In this document: one piece after another, positions 1-8,366 of the stretch
How the letters are laid out: each line of letters begins with the position of its first letter
Position numbering within the stretch: position 1 is the stretch's first letter
Origin: Desulfobacterales bacterium
GTDB taxonomy: Bacteria; Desulfobacterota; Desulfobacteria; Desulfobacterales; UBA2174
Direction of reading: 5' to 3'
Assembly (NCBI GenBank): GCA_963668645.2
Contig: CAXXWC010000018.1
Coordinates: 192,001 to 256,000 of the forward strand
Length of the DNA: 64,000 nucleotides
The notes under the pieces: generated by a model
Databases searched by the model: none
Told to the model about the DNA's origin: nothing
Seen by the model: the letters and a program-made list of their open reading frames with translations, nothing else
Position numbers and translations under genes: made by a program

Positions 1-551
1 CCGATCACCAGCATCAGGACCGGATAGGTCATCGCATTGCGGATGCGGGCCCGCACGGCCTGCTGTTTCTCGGTGACGTCGGCCAGCCGTTCGAGAACGA
101 TTTCCAGGGTTCCCGATGCTTCGCCGGAACGTACCATGTTGACATAGACCGGTGGGAAGGTGTCGCCGGCGCGGCCCAGGGCGTCTGCGAAGCTGCTGCC
201 GCCCACCACGGCGTCCTTAATCTGAGTGAGCTTTTTTTGCAGCCCGGCCGACGGGGTCTGGGGGATCAGCGCGTCCAGGGCCTGCACCAGGGGAAAACCC
301 GCCCCCAGCAGGGTGGCGAGCTGGCGTGTGACCAGGGAGACCTCCGCCGGCTTGACCCGATTGCCCATCAGGCGCTGGCGTATTGCCCCCTGCTCCGGAC
401 CCGCGGCAGCGGCGGTGACCTCCTTGAGGCTTACCGGATAGATCCCCCCGGCGCGCAGCCGACTGCGCGCCCCGGCCAGCCCGTCGGCGTCCAGAACCCC
501 GCTGACCTTCCTGCCTCGTCGATCAAGAGCGCTGTATTCGAATACCGACAT
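1..551 (-). CDS. gspF: Type II secretion inner-membrane platform protein GspF (runs off the left window edge)
   Basis: Not in the ORF track. Manual translation from ATG at 551: MSVFEYSALDRRGRKVSGVLDAD...TRQLATLLGAGFPLVQAL...FPPVYVNMVRSGEASGTLEIVLERLAD...IRNAMTYP, typical GspF/PilC motifs; gspN and gspC nearby. Confidence 0.9.
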   Translation of the reverse strand, partial: MSVFEYSALDRRGRKVSGVLDADGLAGARSRLRAGGIYPVSLKEVTAAAAGPEQGAIRQRLMGNRVKPAEVSLVTRQLATLLGAGFPLVQALDALIPQTPSAGLQKKLTQIKDAVVGGSSFADALGRAGDTFPPVYVNMVRSGEASGTLEIVLERLADVTEKQQAVRARIRNAMTYPVLMLVI

Positions 552-633
552 GCGTGCCTGCCAAGTCTGTCATGGGTTGAAAAATTGTCCTGAACAGCAA
601 AGAGATGCCGTCCTGTTGAAGATGAATTTTTAC

Positions 634-664
634 TCCGGCTTGGCGCAGCGGGTCAAGTCGGATG
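634..664. repeat. Left copy of imperfect palindromic direct repeat bounding the B12 island
   Basis: TCCGGCTTG-gcgcag-CGGGTCAAGTCGGATG; the same 9-mer and identical 16-mer occur at 24669-24698. Confidence 0.8.
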
Positions 665-703
665 TGGAAAATCTATGGACCGCGCATGACGAGGCATTTT
701 CCC

Positions 704-732
704 TTGACATCAATGGCGCACTTTTATAATAC
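704..732 (+). promoter_or_regulatory. Sigma70-type promoter upstream of the riboswitch
   Basis: TTGACA at 704-709 and TATAAT at 725-730 (15-nt spacer; TAATAC at 727-732 would give 17), just before the aptamer. Confidence 0.65.
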
Positions 733-746
733 AGACTTAAAAAATT

Positions 747-906
747 TGTTCAGGCGCTCATAATGGAGCTTAATAGGGAACCCCGTGAAAATCGGGGACG
801 GGCCCGCCGCTGTAATCGGGGACGAAAGCCGTAGCATGCCACTGACCTTGGGTCGGGAAGGCACGGCCGGTAGGACGATCCGTCAGTCAGAAGACCTGCC
901 TGGGCA
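747..906 (+). ncRNA. Cobalamin riboswitch
   Basis: AATAGGGAA, CCCGCCGCTGTAA, GCCACTG, GGGAAGG and B12-box AGTCAGAAGACCTGCC in canonical order; closing stem TGTTCAGG/CCTGGGCA. Confidence 0.95.
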
Positions 907-963
907 TATGGTCACCACCGCGCGGACGGCGTGGCGGCCACGATTTATCTGTGGATAAAAAAG

Positions 964-1005
964 GGAAATCCCGGATCGCAAAAGATCCGGGATTTCCTTT
1001 TTTTT
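964..1005 (+). terminator. Intrinsic terminator (riboswitch expression platform)
   Basis: Perfect 14-bp stem GGAAATCCCGGATC/GATCCGGGATTTCC, 6-nt loop, T8 tail. Confidence 0.9.
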
Positions 1006-1190
1006 GTGGGCCCTGCCGGCCCGGATTCCGGGTCAACGAAACGGTCAATACATCGGGCTTTGGGTTTTCAACCATCGGCATCGTTCGAGAACGAAGAAAG
1101 GCGCTGATGCGATACGCTAAAAGCGGGCTCAATACTGTCCTGTTAAAAGGTGTTCAATATGAAATAACTATCTAAAGATACTTAAAGGCG

Positions 1191-1317
1191 ATGGACTTTT
1201 TTGCCCATACGTCAGTTCCGCCGGTGCGCTGCTCGGTATCCTGGAAGCTACCGGGTTTGCTCTTTTACATGCCACGACCAGTACCTGTGTATGGCTTTTG
1301 CCCAGCTGATCTAGCGG
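1191..1317 (+). pseudogene. IS4-family transposase N-terminal (DUF4372-like) remnant
   Basis: MDF, a +1 shift in a T run, then LPIRQFRRCAARYPGSYRVCSFTCHDQYLCMAFAQLI-stop, matching the FxCxDQxLCMAFAQL motif. Confidence 0.7.
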
Positions 1318-1519
1318 TACTACGATGACCGGCAACAACGGGCACTGGTTTTTTGACCAACAACTTTTACCCACCTGCCTTGACCATAGCGGATTTTGCC
1401 GCTGGCGATGGCAGGTGAAACTCTTTTTCAATTCGAAAAAGTGACTCTTTTTCAGCTACTTGATGTTGCCGGCGACAACAAAGCAGATAGGGTGCCTTGT
1501 CTCCAATTGAAATTATGCG

Positions 1520-2560
1520 ATTCTTGAACGGACACTGCTGAAAAAATGCTTGTAATGATTGCCATTTGCGATAGATGGCTATCCTCTTCTTCTTCTTTGT
1601 CAAATCGTCCATGCCAGTCCGGCCGGGATGACCGCCGAAGCGCTTGGCAAAAAGCTGCGCTGCCGTTGTCATTCGGTTCTGGTCGGGTTGTACCGTCGCG
1701 GTCTTGTCCAACGCCAGCACCAGGGACGCGCGAACGTTTACCTGGCCAGCAATGCCAGGACCGACGAGGCGCAACGTCGTGTCCTGGCAGCGCCCGTGAC
1801 GGCGGTGCTGCCAGCCGAGATCGCGGTGATGGTGCTGGCCGGATTCATCCGCCAACCATCGGCCGGGCCAGCCGAGCTGGCCCGCCGGGTGTCGGCCAGG
1901 GCCACCGTGCGTATCGAGGCCGAACAGATCCGGGCGCTGTTCGCGCATCACGGTTTAAAAAAACTGTTGCCGTTGCGGCCATCGGCCTCCTGAGTCGCCT
2001 CAGCGAACAACTGCAACAGGAGGTGCGCCCGTCGGTACTGTCCCCGCAGCCACCGGCGGTCGATTTCGAGGCCTGCCACAGTGTCGGGCAGATTCGCAAT
2101 GAGCCGCTGGCCCGCGATGTGGTGCTGTCCGATTCTCAAATCACCAAACTCGGCCGCAAGTTTATCCTCTTGCTGGCCCATCGCCGCGCCATCCCGCGCA
2201 TCAATCAGGCGATGGTCAGAAGCGGCAGCTATATCCTCCATCTGGATGCCGTGCACCAAGAAGATGTGCCCGCCCTGATGTCAGACAACGACGGTCTGAG
2301 CGGCCTGGTGTTGTCCAACGTCAAGGTCCCCAGTGAACACGCCGCGTTGGTAAAAAATTTTTCCAACCCCGACTACATGAAAACCCTGCTCGACGGTCGG
2401 CCCAATATCGAAGCCGTGTTTGCTGATTTGAATTGGGCTGCGGCTTCCGAGGATCTGACAACGGCTACGGAAGCCGAATGTGTTCTGCCTGGTTTTAAAG
2501 CACTGACAAAAATGCCGGATCTACCCGTTCGAATCTCAGAACGCGCTTCTGCGGCTTTAT
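1520..2560 (+). mobile_element. Degraded two-ORF insertion sequence remnant (helper ORF plus internally deleted transposase)
   Basis: ORF 1559-1993 has a TTTAAAAAAAC run near its end; the next frame has YILHLDAVHQED..LMS.NDGLSGLVLSNVKVPSE joined directly to LVKNFSNPDYMKTLLDG, like a deltaproteobacterial transposase with its core deleted. Family assigned from memory. Confidence 0.55.
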
Positions 2561-2634
2561 CCAGGGTAAAATCCAACCAAATTGTGTGGTTATGGAAGAT
2601 AACGTTACAGCTTTTTTGTCAAAGGAGGAAAAAC

Positions 2635-5600
2635 ATGCAGGCTGATCCACGCAACAGGTTTTTGAATTTTGCAGGCGCCGTACTGCTGGCCGTGCCTTTG
2701 GTCGCTATCGGCCTGGCCGCCGGACCGTCTATGGCCGACGCGGCCGGAATTACGGTCCAAGAGGGCGGAAGCATTCAGGCGGCCATTGACGCGGCCACGT
2801 CCGGGGACACGGTAACCGTGGAAAGCGGCACCTATGCCGGGGGCCTTACAATAGCTGAAAAATCACTGATCCTGCTCGGGGTGGACACGGGCGCCGGAAA
2901 GCCGGTAATCGACGGCGAGGGCGGCTCGGAACCGGTTGTTTCGCTGCAAAACAGCAGCGGCTGTACCGTCGAAGGGTTTGCGATCCAGAATTCGGGTTCT
3001 TTCGGCCTGAAGATACTGGGTTCGCCCAACGCGATCGTCCGGAGCAATGAACTCACCAATACCAACGGTATCGATGTAGAAGAAGGGTCGGACGCGGTCA
3101 CGATTGCACAAAACACCTGTGAGAGCAATGGTAACGCCCTTTATGTGTATAACTCACCCGGCCCCACCATCACCGGCAATACCTTTCAAAATGTCAGCAG
3201 CATTGGGTTGTACATAAGAAATTCCGGCGATGCCGCCATCAGAGACAATACCTTTGAAAACGTGGGCAACCGCGGAATTTACGCAAGAGATTCGATCAAT
3301 CCTGTCATCACCGGAAATACCTTAAACACCGATAGGGACGCAATTAACGTGAGGGGGTCGGACAATGCGGTCATCACCAAAAATACCTCTAAGAACGCAA
3401 TCAATGTACAGCAGTCCAACAACGCTGTTATTTCCGAAAATAGCTCTGCAGATTCATCGGGCTACGGAATATATGTAAGTAATTTAAGCGATCTGGTCCT
3501 TTCCCAGAATACCGTCAGCAGCGCCGGCAGCGATGGCATCTACCTGAACCAGATCACAACTGGCCTGGTGGAACACAACGCCGTCACCGGGGTAGGTGGT
3601 ACGGCGTGTCTCGTCGTCGAAAGTTGCAGCGATGCGATCGTCCGATACAATACGCTCAATGAGTCGGTCTACTATCTTGGTCTCGCCATTTGGGGGGGCA
3701 GCCAGGGGTGCAGCTTTTATGGCAATACCGTGGCCAACAACAACGGTGACCAGGGATGGAGCGGCGGTCTTTACCTGGAGGATGCCGATGCCGGGAACAC
3801 TTTTTACCTCAACGATTTTGAAAACGATGTCAATGTCGTCGAAACGGCAGGCGGCAGCGACTACCATTCGCCTGTTTTGTTGCGATACCAATACGGAGGC
3901 GAGACCCGTGATGGGTATTTGGGAAACCGCTGGTCCGACTACACCGGCACGGATGCAAACGGCGACGGCGTCGGGGATACCCCTTATGTGATAAGCGGCG
4001 ATATTCAGGACCCTTATCCCCTGGTAGGGACCCTGGACGCGTATACGGACATTATTGAAATAGCGCCCGATATCGCCATCAGCAACCTGACGCCGCCGTA
4101 TGTTGTCGGCGTCAGCCTGAACAACGTGATAACGGTCACCCTGCGCAACAACGGACTGGGCGCTGCCGGGACCTTCAACGTCTACCTTTACGCCGACGGC
4201 GAACTGGTCGACACGGTGACGGTGGAGGGCTTGGCCGCCGGCGAAGAGATTCAGGTGGCATTCACCTGGACGCCGCTGGAACGGATGACGGGCGTGGTTC
4301 TTACCGCTGAAACCGATCCGGACTACGCCGGACAGGGCATTAATCTCGATGACAATCAAACCGTGGCCGAGGCAGCGGTGGACGTTCTTGCCTCCGATTT
4401 GACCGTGACCGCGGTGGCCGTGGCGGCCGAGGTGGACAAAGACGAGGCCCGGACGGTGACTGTAACCGTTGCCAACACCGGATCCGCGCCGGCCATGGAC
4501 TTCACCGTGGGGCTCTACTGCGACATGTCGCCGGTGGTTCCCTGGGCCATGGCGCACCCGGCCGAAGCGGCCCTGCAGCCCGGCCTTTTCAACACCGTGG
4601 GAGCCGCCGGTCTGGTGGCCCGGGCGGTGGTGGACAATCTAGGGGCCGGAGAGTCAACGGATGTGGAGATTTCCTGGACCCCGGCCGACCCCGGGGTGCA
4701 TTTTGTCAGCGCCTGGGTGGATATGACGGCCGGTACCGTTGAGATGGACGATGCCAACAATATGCTGGCAACCCCGGTGCAAACCCTGGTTACGCCCTAC
4801 GCCGGCACGGTGACCACCCTGAATCAGGGGGATTCCCTGCAAACTGCGGTGGACGCCGCAGCCACGGGCGACACCATCCTGCTCAACCCGGGAACCTATC
4901 TGCTGGAGCCGGACGGCCAGGGCCTGCGGCTCAACATTCCGAAGGGGGGCTTGACTTTCAAGAGCGCAGGCGGGGCCGTGATCGACGGCAGCGTCAATGT
5001 GCTGCAGGACCCGGCCATTGCCTGGACGTCGGACGCGCCGGATACGGTCTTTGACGGTATTGCCTTTGTAAATTTCGCCATGGCCGCCGGCACGGCGGAC
5101 AAGTCCGGCCTGATGCTGAAAAACTGTACGTTCCAGGGCGGCCTGCGCGCCTTTTTCGGCGCCGAAGACGCCCTGGCCAATACCGACGGACTGACGGTCA
5201 GCGGCTGCCTGTTCGAGGCTGCCGACGTCAACGCCTTTGACGCAACGGCCGCGGACGTGACCATTGAAAATACGGTGTTCGACGGCAGTGCGTTTGCCGT
5301 GCGCAACCCGTCCGCTTTCAGCGGCTTTATTTTCCGCAACAACATGGTTGCCGGCGCTACGGTGCCCGAGGGCGCCAACAGCGCCTTTGTGCGCATCGAA
5401 GGGCCGGACGGCCTGGTGGCGGGCAACGTGTTCGAAGCCATGTCCCCCGGCGCGGGAAAGCTGGCCCTGACCCTGGTGGGCAGCAATGCGACGGTGCAAG
5501 GCAACCGCTTCGGCGCACTTTCCGGCGACGGCCATATCCTGCTGGAAAACGGTTCGAACAACCGGATTTATCTGAACGATTTTCCGGGCGAGGCGCCTCT

Positions 5601-7740
5601 TCTGTACGGCAATCCCGTGCTGCAGTCGCCGGAAGCCTATACCTATACCTATCAGGAACAAAGCTACACCTCGGTGCTCGGCAACCGCTACGCTTCTTAC
5701 GGGGGCGCTGATGCGGACGGCAACGGCGTGGGCGACACCTCCATGGATTTCACCGGGGCAAGCGACACGTTCCCGCTGATGGATTCCTTTGCCGCCTATA
5801 CGGATCTGGCCGCCGAAAAGGCCAATCTGACTGTGGGCGCGGTTACCGGGCCGGCAACGGCCCATGTGGGCATCTCCGCCGAGGTGACCGCCGAGGTGAG
5901 CAACACGGGCGGACCGGCCCATGATTTCACGGTGGCCCTCTACGCCGATGGAACCTTGGTGGAAACCCTGACCGTCGATACCCTCGGATTCGGGGAGACC
6001 GAAACCCTGACCTTCACCTGGACACCGGCGGCGGAAGCCCAGGCAGTGGTCCTTTCGGTGATCGCGGATGACGGCAATACGGTGGCCGAAAGCAACGAGG
6101 ATGACAATACCGTTGCGGCCGACACCGGTGTGGGCGTCACGCTGGCGGTGGACATGAGCATCGATCCGGCAACCGTTGAGACTGAAAACGGATCGGCCTT
6201 TGACGTGGCCATCCGCCTGGCGCCAAACGCTTACCGGGTGGCCGGGGTACAGTTCGACCTGACCTTCAATCCCGCCATCCTGGAGGTGACCGGCGTAACC
6301 GAAAGCACGCTTCTGAATCAGGACGGCGCCGGCACCTATTTTAACGGCGGTGCGGTGGACAACACGGCCGGCACCCTCACCGGGGTCGTGGGCGCCATCA
6401 CCACCCCGGGGGCGGACGTGGGCACGGCCGGCGTTTTCGCCGTTGTGAGTTTTCTGGCCAAGGGGGACGGCGTTTCGGTCCTGACCCTGTCCAATGCCAT
6501 TGTGGGTGACATGGATGCCCAGCCGCTGACCGTCGCCTTGACCGGAGGCTTTGTGCAAACCGCCTTTACCTATACGGCCACGGGCCAGGCGGCCTACGGC
6601 GGGGGGCAAACCGGCCCGCTGTATGTGGGCGTATACCTGGATGAAGACCTGAACCAGCCGCTGGTGCTGCCGGTTGCCGCCGACCTTGGAACGGACGTGA
6701 CCGTGTCCGACCTGGGGCCGGGGACCGGATACTACTTCGGCGGGTTTATCGACAGCAACGAAAACAACCTGCGGGATCCGGCCGAGGCTTTCGGCGCGGT
6801 GATGTTCGACATCGTGGACGACGACGTGACCGGGCTCGACGCTATTCTGTCGGACCCGGACGCGGACACCGACAACCTGCCCGACTACTGGCAGACCCTG
6901 TATGCCGGTTACAACTGCGGCCAGGGCATCGGGGGGGGCGACGACGACGCGGACCACGACGGCTACAGCAATGCCTGGGAATGGGCCAACGGCACCGATC
7001 CCACGGTGGTGGATGATCCGGACGGTCAGGGGTACGATCCCCAGACCGACCAGCGGGTGGTGCCGGCTGGCTGGTCCGTGACCCGCAGCCACGGCGACTA
7101 CCGGCCCGGTCAGTCCTTTACGGTAACCGTCACGGTTGCATACTCAGGGGACGTAACCGCCCTGGGCATCACCGAGGCCTTGCCCGAAGGCTGGACCTAC
7201 GTATCGGCTGAAAGCGCCGGCGGTATGAACGTGTTTGCGACCGGCGACGGCCGCCTCGAGTTCGCCTGGCTCAGCCTGCCGACCGACGGCCAGGGCCAGT
7301 CGGTCAATCCTTTTACCTTCAGTTACACCCTCCAGGTGCCGGAAACGGCCGGTGGCGACGCGGTTTTCGATGGGCAGGTGATCATGCGCATCGGCGGCGA
7401 GGCCGAAACCGCCTTTGACATGGCCCGGACCGTAGCCCGGCGCTTTGCCTTCCACACAGCGGACTTTTACCCGGCGGACTGGAGCATCAACCTGTCCGAG
7501 CTGCTGCGGGTCATTCAGCTTTACAACGTGGGCGCCTACCACTGTGATGGCCTGGGTGAAGACGGCTTCAACCCGGGTGCGGGTGAATACATGGACCCTG
7601 CGCCCCACAGCGCGGACTACAACCCGACAGACGGCGTTATCAGCGTATCCGAGCTGCTGCGGGTCGTGCAGATCTACAACGTGGGCGGGTACTGCCAGGA
7701 TGCCCTGGGTGAGGACGGGTACCGGCCAAGCGTCCAGTAG
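2635..7740 (+). CDS. Scaffold A, 1701 aa secreted protein: NosD/CASH beta-helix, 2 CARDB, second beta-helix, CARDB, cohesin, Ig, Ca-binding linker, LPxGW module, C-terminal SELLRVIQ dockerin-like domain
   Basis: RBS AAGGAGG at 2622-2628 before ATG 2635; signal peptide; YLGNRWSDYTGTDANGDGVGDTPY; CARDB motifs (DLTV..V.NTG..A..F.V.LY.DG); cohesin AGVQFDLTFNP..TYF..DNTAGTL at about 6154-6549; paired H(S/T)AD...SELLRV(I/V)Q repeats at the C-terminus. Confidence 0.85.
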   Translation: MQADPRNRFLNFAGAVLLAVPLVAIGLAAGPSMADAAGITVQEGGSIQAAIDAATSGDTVTVESGTYAGGLTIAEKSLILLGVDTGAGKPVIDGEGGSEPVVSLQNSSGCTVEGFAIQNSGSFGLKILGSPNAIVRSNELTNTNGIDVEEGSDAVTIAQNTCESNGNALYVYNSPGPTITGNTFQNVSSIGLYIRNSGDAAIRDNTFENVGNRGIYARDSINPVITGNTLNTDRDAINVRGSDNAVITKNTSKNAINVQQSNNAVISENSSADSSGYGIYVSNLSDLVLSQNTVSSAGSDGIYLNQITTGLVEHNAVTGVGGTACLVVESCSDAIVRYNTLNESVYYLGLAIWGGSQGCSFYGNTVANNNGDQGWSGGLYLEDADAGNTFYLNDFENDVNVVETAGGSDYHSPVLLRYQYGGETRDGYLGNRWSDYTGTDANGDGVGDTPYVISGDIQDPYPLVGTLDAYTDIIEIAPDIAISNLTPPYVVGVSLNNVITVTLRNNGLGAAGTFNVYLYADGELVDTVTVEGLAAGEEIQVAFTWTPLERMTGVVLTAETDPDYAGQGINLDDNQTVAEAAVDVLASDLTVTAVAVAAEVDKDEARTVTVTVANTGSAPAMDFTVGLYCDMSPVVPWAMAHPAEAALQPGLFNTVGAAGLVARAVVDNLGAGESTDVEISWTPADPGVHFVSAWVDMTAGTVEMDDANNMLATPVQTLVTPYAGTVTTLNQGDSLQTAVDAAATGDTILLNPGTYLLEPDGQGLRLNIPKGGLTFKSAGGAVIDGSVNVLQDPAIAWTSDAPDTVFDGIAFVNFAMAAGTADKSGLMLKNCTFQGGLRAFFGAEDALANTDGLTVSGCLFEAADVNAFDATAADVTIENTVFDGSAFAVRNPSAFSGFIFRNNMVAGATVPEGANSAFVRIEGPDGLVAGNVFEAMSPGAGKLALTLVGSNATVQGNRFGALSGDGHILLENGSNNRIYLNDFPGEAPLLYGNPVLQSPEAYTYTYQEQSYTSVLGNRYASYGGADADGNGVGDTSMDFTGASDTFPLMDSFAAYTDLAAEKANLTVGAVTGPATAHVGISAEVTAEVSNTGGPAHDFTVALYADGTLVETLTVDTLGFGETETLTFTWTPAAEAQAVVLSVIADDGNTVAESNEDDNTVAADTGVGVTLAVDMSIDPATVETENGSAFDVAIRLAPNAYRVAGVQFDLTFNPAILEVTGVTESTLLNQDGAGTYFNGGAVDNTAGTLTGVVGAITTPGADVGTAGVFAVVSFLAKGDGVSVLTLSNAIVGDMDAQPLTVALTGGFVQTAFTYTATGQAAYGGGQTGPLYVGVYLDEDLNQPLVLPVAADLGTDVTVSDLGPGTGYYFGGFIDSNENNLRDPAEAFGAVMFDIVDDDVTGLDAILSDPDADTDNLPDYWQTLYAGYNCGQGIGGGDDDADHDGYSNAWEWANGTDPTVVDDPDGQGYDPQTDQRVVPAGWSVTRSHGDYRPGQSFTVTVTVAYSGDVTALGITEALPEGWTYVSAESAGGMNVFATGDGRLEFAWLSLPTDGQGQSVNPFTFSYTLQVPETAGGDAVFDGQVIMRIGGEAETAFDMARTVARRFAFHTADFYPADWSINLSELLRVIQLYNVGAYHCDGLGEDGFNPGAGEYMDPAPHSADYNPTDGVISVSELLRVVQIYNVGGYCQDALGEDGYRPSVQ

Positions 7741-7753
7741 GAATGAAAAAAGA

Positions 7754-7788
7754 GCCGCGGGGGTGGGCTTTCGATCTGCTCCCGCGGC
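7754..7788 (+). promoter_or_regulatory. GC-rich intergenic stem-loop without U tail
   Basis: GCCGCGGG...CCCGCGGC; an equivalent follows scaffold C at 13124-13158. Confidence 0.6.
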
Positions 7789-7876
7789 GCCGAATATATT
7801 GCCTCATGCAGAGTGCCGAGAGCATCGCGCGGGAGGCATCATCTGACAGGATGAACCGGATTAAAAGGAGAAAGAA

Positions 7877-8290
7877 ATGAAACGAAAAGTGGCGATAAGA
7901 ACGCTGTCGGTTCTGGCCCTGGCGGCCGTGGTGCTGTGGTCCGCAACGGCCTTTGCGTTGACCGCCTCCCAGCAGGTTATCGGTGCGGGCGGCGAGATAA
8001 CGGTCATTACCACCATTGAATACAACGAGGCGCTCACGGCCCTGGGCGTAAGGGTGAAGCTGCCGGCTGGCTGGACCTTCAAGACCGTGGGCGGCAGCGA
8101 TGTGCCTGCAGTGGCGCCGGCTGAGGGTGCAAGCGGTGAAATCGACTTTGCCTGGATCGCGGCACCGGCTGGACCGGCGATGTTTGCATATACCCTGGCG
8201 GCGCCGCAAGGGGGTACGGCTCAGGATCTGGCTGCCGAGGTGGTCTACCGCGTGGGCGCCGGTGAGGAGCAGGTGGTTGTTGTCGAGTGA
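7877..8290 (+). CDS. Small secreted protein B: single LPxGW (cohesin-like) module
   Basis: RBS AAGGAG; signal peptide ending AFA; ALGVRVKLPAGWTF...IDFAWI...FAYTL shared with modules in A, C, F and G. Confidence 0.85.
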   Translation: MKRKVAIRTLSVLALAAVVLWSATAFALTASQQVIGAGGEITVITTIEYNEALTALGVRVKLPAGWTFKTVGGSDVPAVAPAEGASGEIDFAWIAAPAGPAMFAYTLAAPQGGTAQDLAAEVVYRVGAGEEQVVVVE

Positions 8291-8366
8291 TTTGATGGGT
8301 TCTGCTTCGCTCCACCGATACGATATCAAAAGAACGTTTCAGTCTTATTGCCATAGGAGGAAAACC

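Noticed and set aside
1546..2634. 2064-aa ORF start making a transposase-scaffold fusion
   Set aside because: A strong RBS and signal peptide at 2635, matched by the paralog start at 8367, mark the real start; the upstream part is IS debris that happens to be in frame.
2635..2670. Tat signal in PRNRFLN of A and C
   Set aside because: No twin arginine; compatible with an ordinary Sec signal and not decidable by eye.
4654..7092. Long antisense ORFs (also 11076-13427, 30554-32365, 39191-40966, 58666-60399)
   Set aside because: Shadows of well-supported genes on the opposite strand in GC-rich DNA, with no recognisable motifs.
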